Origin: Euryarchaeota archaeon UBA181
Lineage (GTDB): Archaea; Thermoplasmatota; Poseidoniia; Poseidoniales; Thalassarchaeaceae
Assembly (NCBI GenBank): GCA_002496725.1
Contig: DALI01000067.1
Coordinates: 1 to 47,781 of the forward strand
Length of the DNA stretch: 47,781 bases
Reading direction: 5' to 3'
Shown: positions 46,482-47,781 of the stretch, piece by piece
Position numbering within the stretch: position 1 is the stretch's first letter
Layout: the number at the start of each line of letters is the position of its first letter
Translations under genes and position numbers: made by a program
Notes under the pieces: generated by a model
Database searches by the model: none
Seen by the model: the letters and a program-made list of their open reading frames with translations, nothing else
What the model was told of the DNA's origin: nothing

Positions 46482-47781
46482 CTAGTTCCTCCTTCGATAG
46501 AAAATAATTCCCAAGGCAAAAGACAAGATCACACTAATAAGGCCGCCAGAAGGAAGAATTTCCCCAATACCGCCAGCATCCTCATCACATAGGCTTGGGT
46601 CGCACTCGCAGGTGAGGGCCTGACAGACTGGCTCTACAACTTCGAACAGAATTGAATTATTGACGACTTGGTAGACGTTGGTACATTTGTACGAGTCGTC
46701 GCAACCCTCCACTTCAACCGTGTGCTCACCAGATTCCCAAAGTGAAAAGTCAATCAGAGGCGTAGACCATGAGTTTCCTGAAACACTGACTGAACCAGCT
46801 GTGGTACCATCAACTCTCATTGTGAAGGAAACGGACTCTCCATCAGGGTCACTGTACTGACCTTGCATGGACCATTTAGAACCATCCCATATTGAGTCTG
46901 AGATGGATATCAGAGGAGGGGAACTCTCCTTGATAATCCCAAGTAAGTAATTATTACTCATTGTGAAAATTCCCTCTCCAGATACCAAAACTCGGACATC
47001 AACGCCTCCAGGTTGCATATTTGACGAGCTTCCCTGGACATGTACCGGGCCAGAGGAGTCAATGACTACCGTCCCTAAATCCTGAGAAGAAGCACCCTGA
47101 ACAAGATGAACAGACAAAATTAGGTCTGGCCAACCTGAATTTCCATCTATGGTGATTTGATGGGGATCAGTCAAAATATCAGATCCTGAATATACCGAGA
47201 ATGGAACTCCAATATGCCATGTTCTATTTTCAGTCATCAATCCATCATAATCCCTTGCGGCGCAAGTGACATCAATAGTTCCTGATTCAGGAACACTAGC
47301 CATTAGTGACCTATCTCCTGCCTCCCAGAAGTTCAAACCATTATCGCCATTGCAAATTATTTCTAAATTTGAGACACCATCCTCGTCATTGAACCATCTC
47401 GAGACCCCTTCGTCCCAATCGGCCCAGATCACATCTCCCGAATTTGGCACTGGGAACCAAGTGCCATTGGAAGGAGAATCATCGGTCCATGTAGGGGGCG
47501 CGGGTTCAGGAATTGGCGCAGTGGTGAAGTCAAAGAAAAGATCCTCCCCAATCGGCCAGTCTTCTCTGTAACCATTCGGACTGAGTTCGAGGGTCAGAAT
47601 TCCGTCATTGCTGACGAGATCGAATGTCGATGAACCATCTCCTATACATCCCCCTACAGTAGGGGCCTGTCCTCCGCTAATGGACTCATTCAAACCCACA
47701 TCTCTTCCCTCGCACTCGTCCGACATTTCTAGACGAAGGCCATTCGTCTGTGGAAAGGTGAAATCGAATCTAGCCCCAGAA
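46482..47781 (-). CDS. C-terminal part of a surface protein with Ig-like domains and a tripartite C-terminal anchor (5' end off the window)
   Basis: The frame stays open to the window edge. Ig-like motifs DPDGESVS and GEHTVEVEGCD; ends LPSGG + hydrophobic helix + RRRN. Confidence 0.8.
   Translation of the reverse strand, partial: SGARFDFTFPQTNGLRLEMSDECEGRDVGLNESISGGQAPTVGGCIGDGSSTFDLVSNDGILTLELSPNGYREDWPIGEDLFFDFTTAPIPEPAPPTWTDDSPSNGTWFPVPNSGDVIWADWDEGVSRWFNDEDGVSNLEIICNGDNGLNFWEAGDRSLMASVPESGTIDVTCAARDYDGLMTENRTWHIGVPFSVYSGSDILTDPHQITIDGNSGWPDLILSVHLVQGASSQDLGTVVIDSSGPVHVQGSSSNMQPGGVDVRVLVSGEGIFTMSNNYLLGIIKESSPPLISISDSIWDGSKWSMQGQYSDPDGESVSFTMRVDGTTAGSVSVSGNSWSTPLIDFSLWESGEHTVEVEGCDDSYKCTNVYQVVNNSILFEVVEPVCQALTCECDPSLCDEDAGGIGEILPSGGLISVILSFALGIIFYRRRN

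Overview
A gene-dense archaeal chromosomal window with no CRISPR array, transposase, integrase or rRNA visible. Gene content (RadA, Hel308-Cgi121, Rpo6, Gar1, RqcH, archaeal tRNA-iMet and tRNA-Gln, heme a/o synthases, KorAB, AcnA, tryptophan dioxygenase, very large acidic membrane-anchored surface proteins) fits a Marine Group II euryarchaeote (Ca. Poseidoniales). This taxonomy is inferred, not searched. About 32 CDSs and 2 tRNAs are supported. Top candidate system: a membrane-anchored single-lobe transferrin-like protein (44291..45355, -). By eye it keeps all four transferrin Fe(III) ligands, the anion-binding turn and an equivalent Cys pair. It has no adjacent ABC transporter, and a perfect TTTAGG-N4-CCTAAA DtxR/SirR/MntR-type palindrome abuts its TATA-like box, suggesting a metal-repressed archaeal transferrin-based iron capture module. 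Other notable items: a two-TM retropepsin-like fusion, a kexin/furin-type protease on a regular repeat stalk, a 2145-aa FG-GAP surface protein, a TPR-TM-cyclophilin (on the + strand although the ORF track labels it -), and a long stem-loop ahead of korAB. All family calls come from motif recognition by eye.
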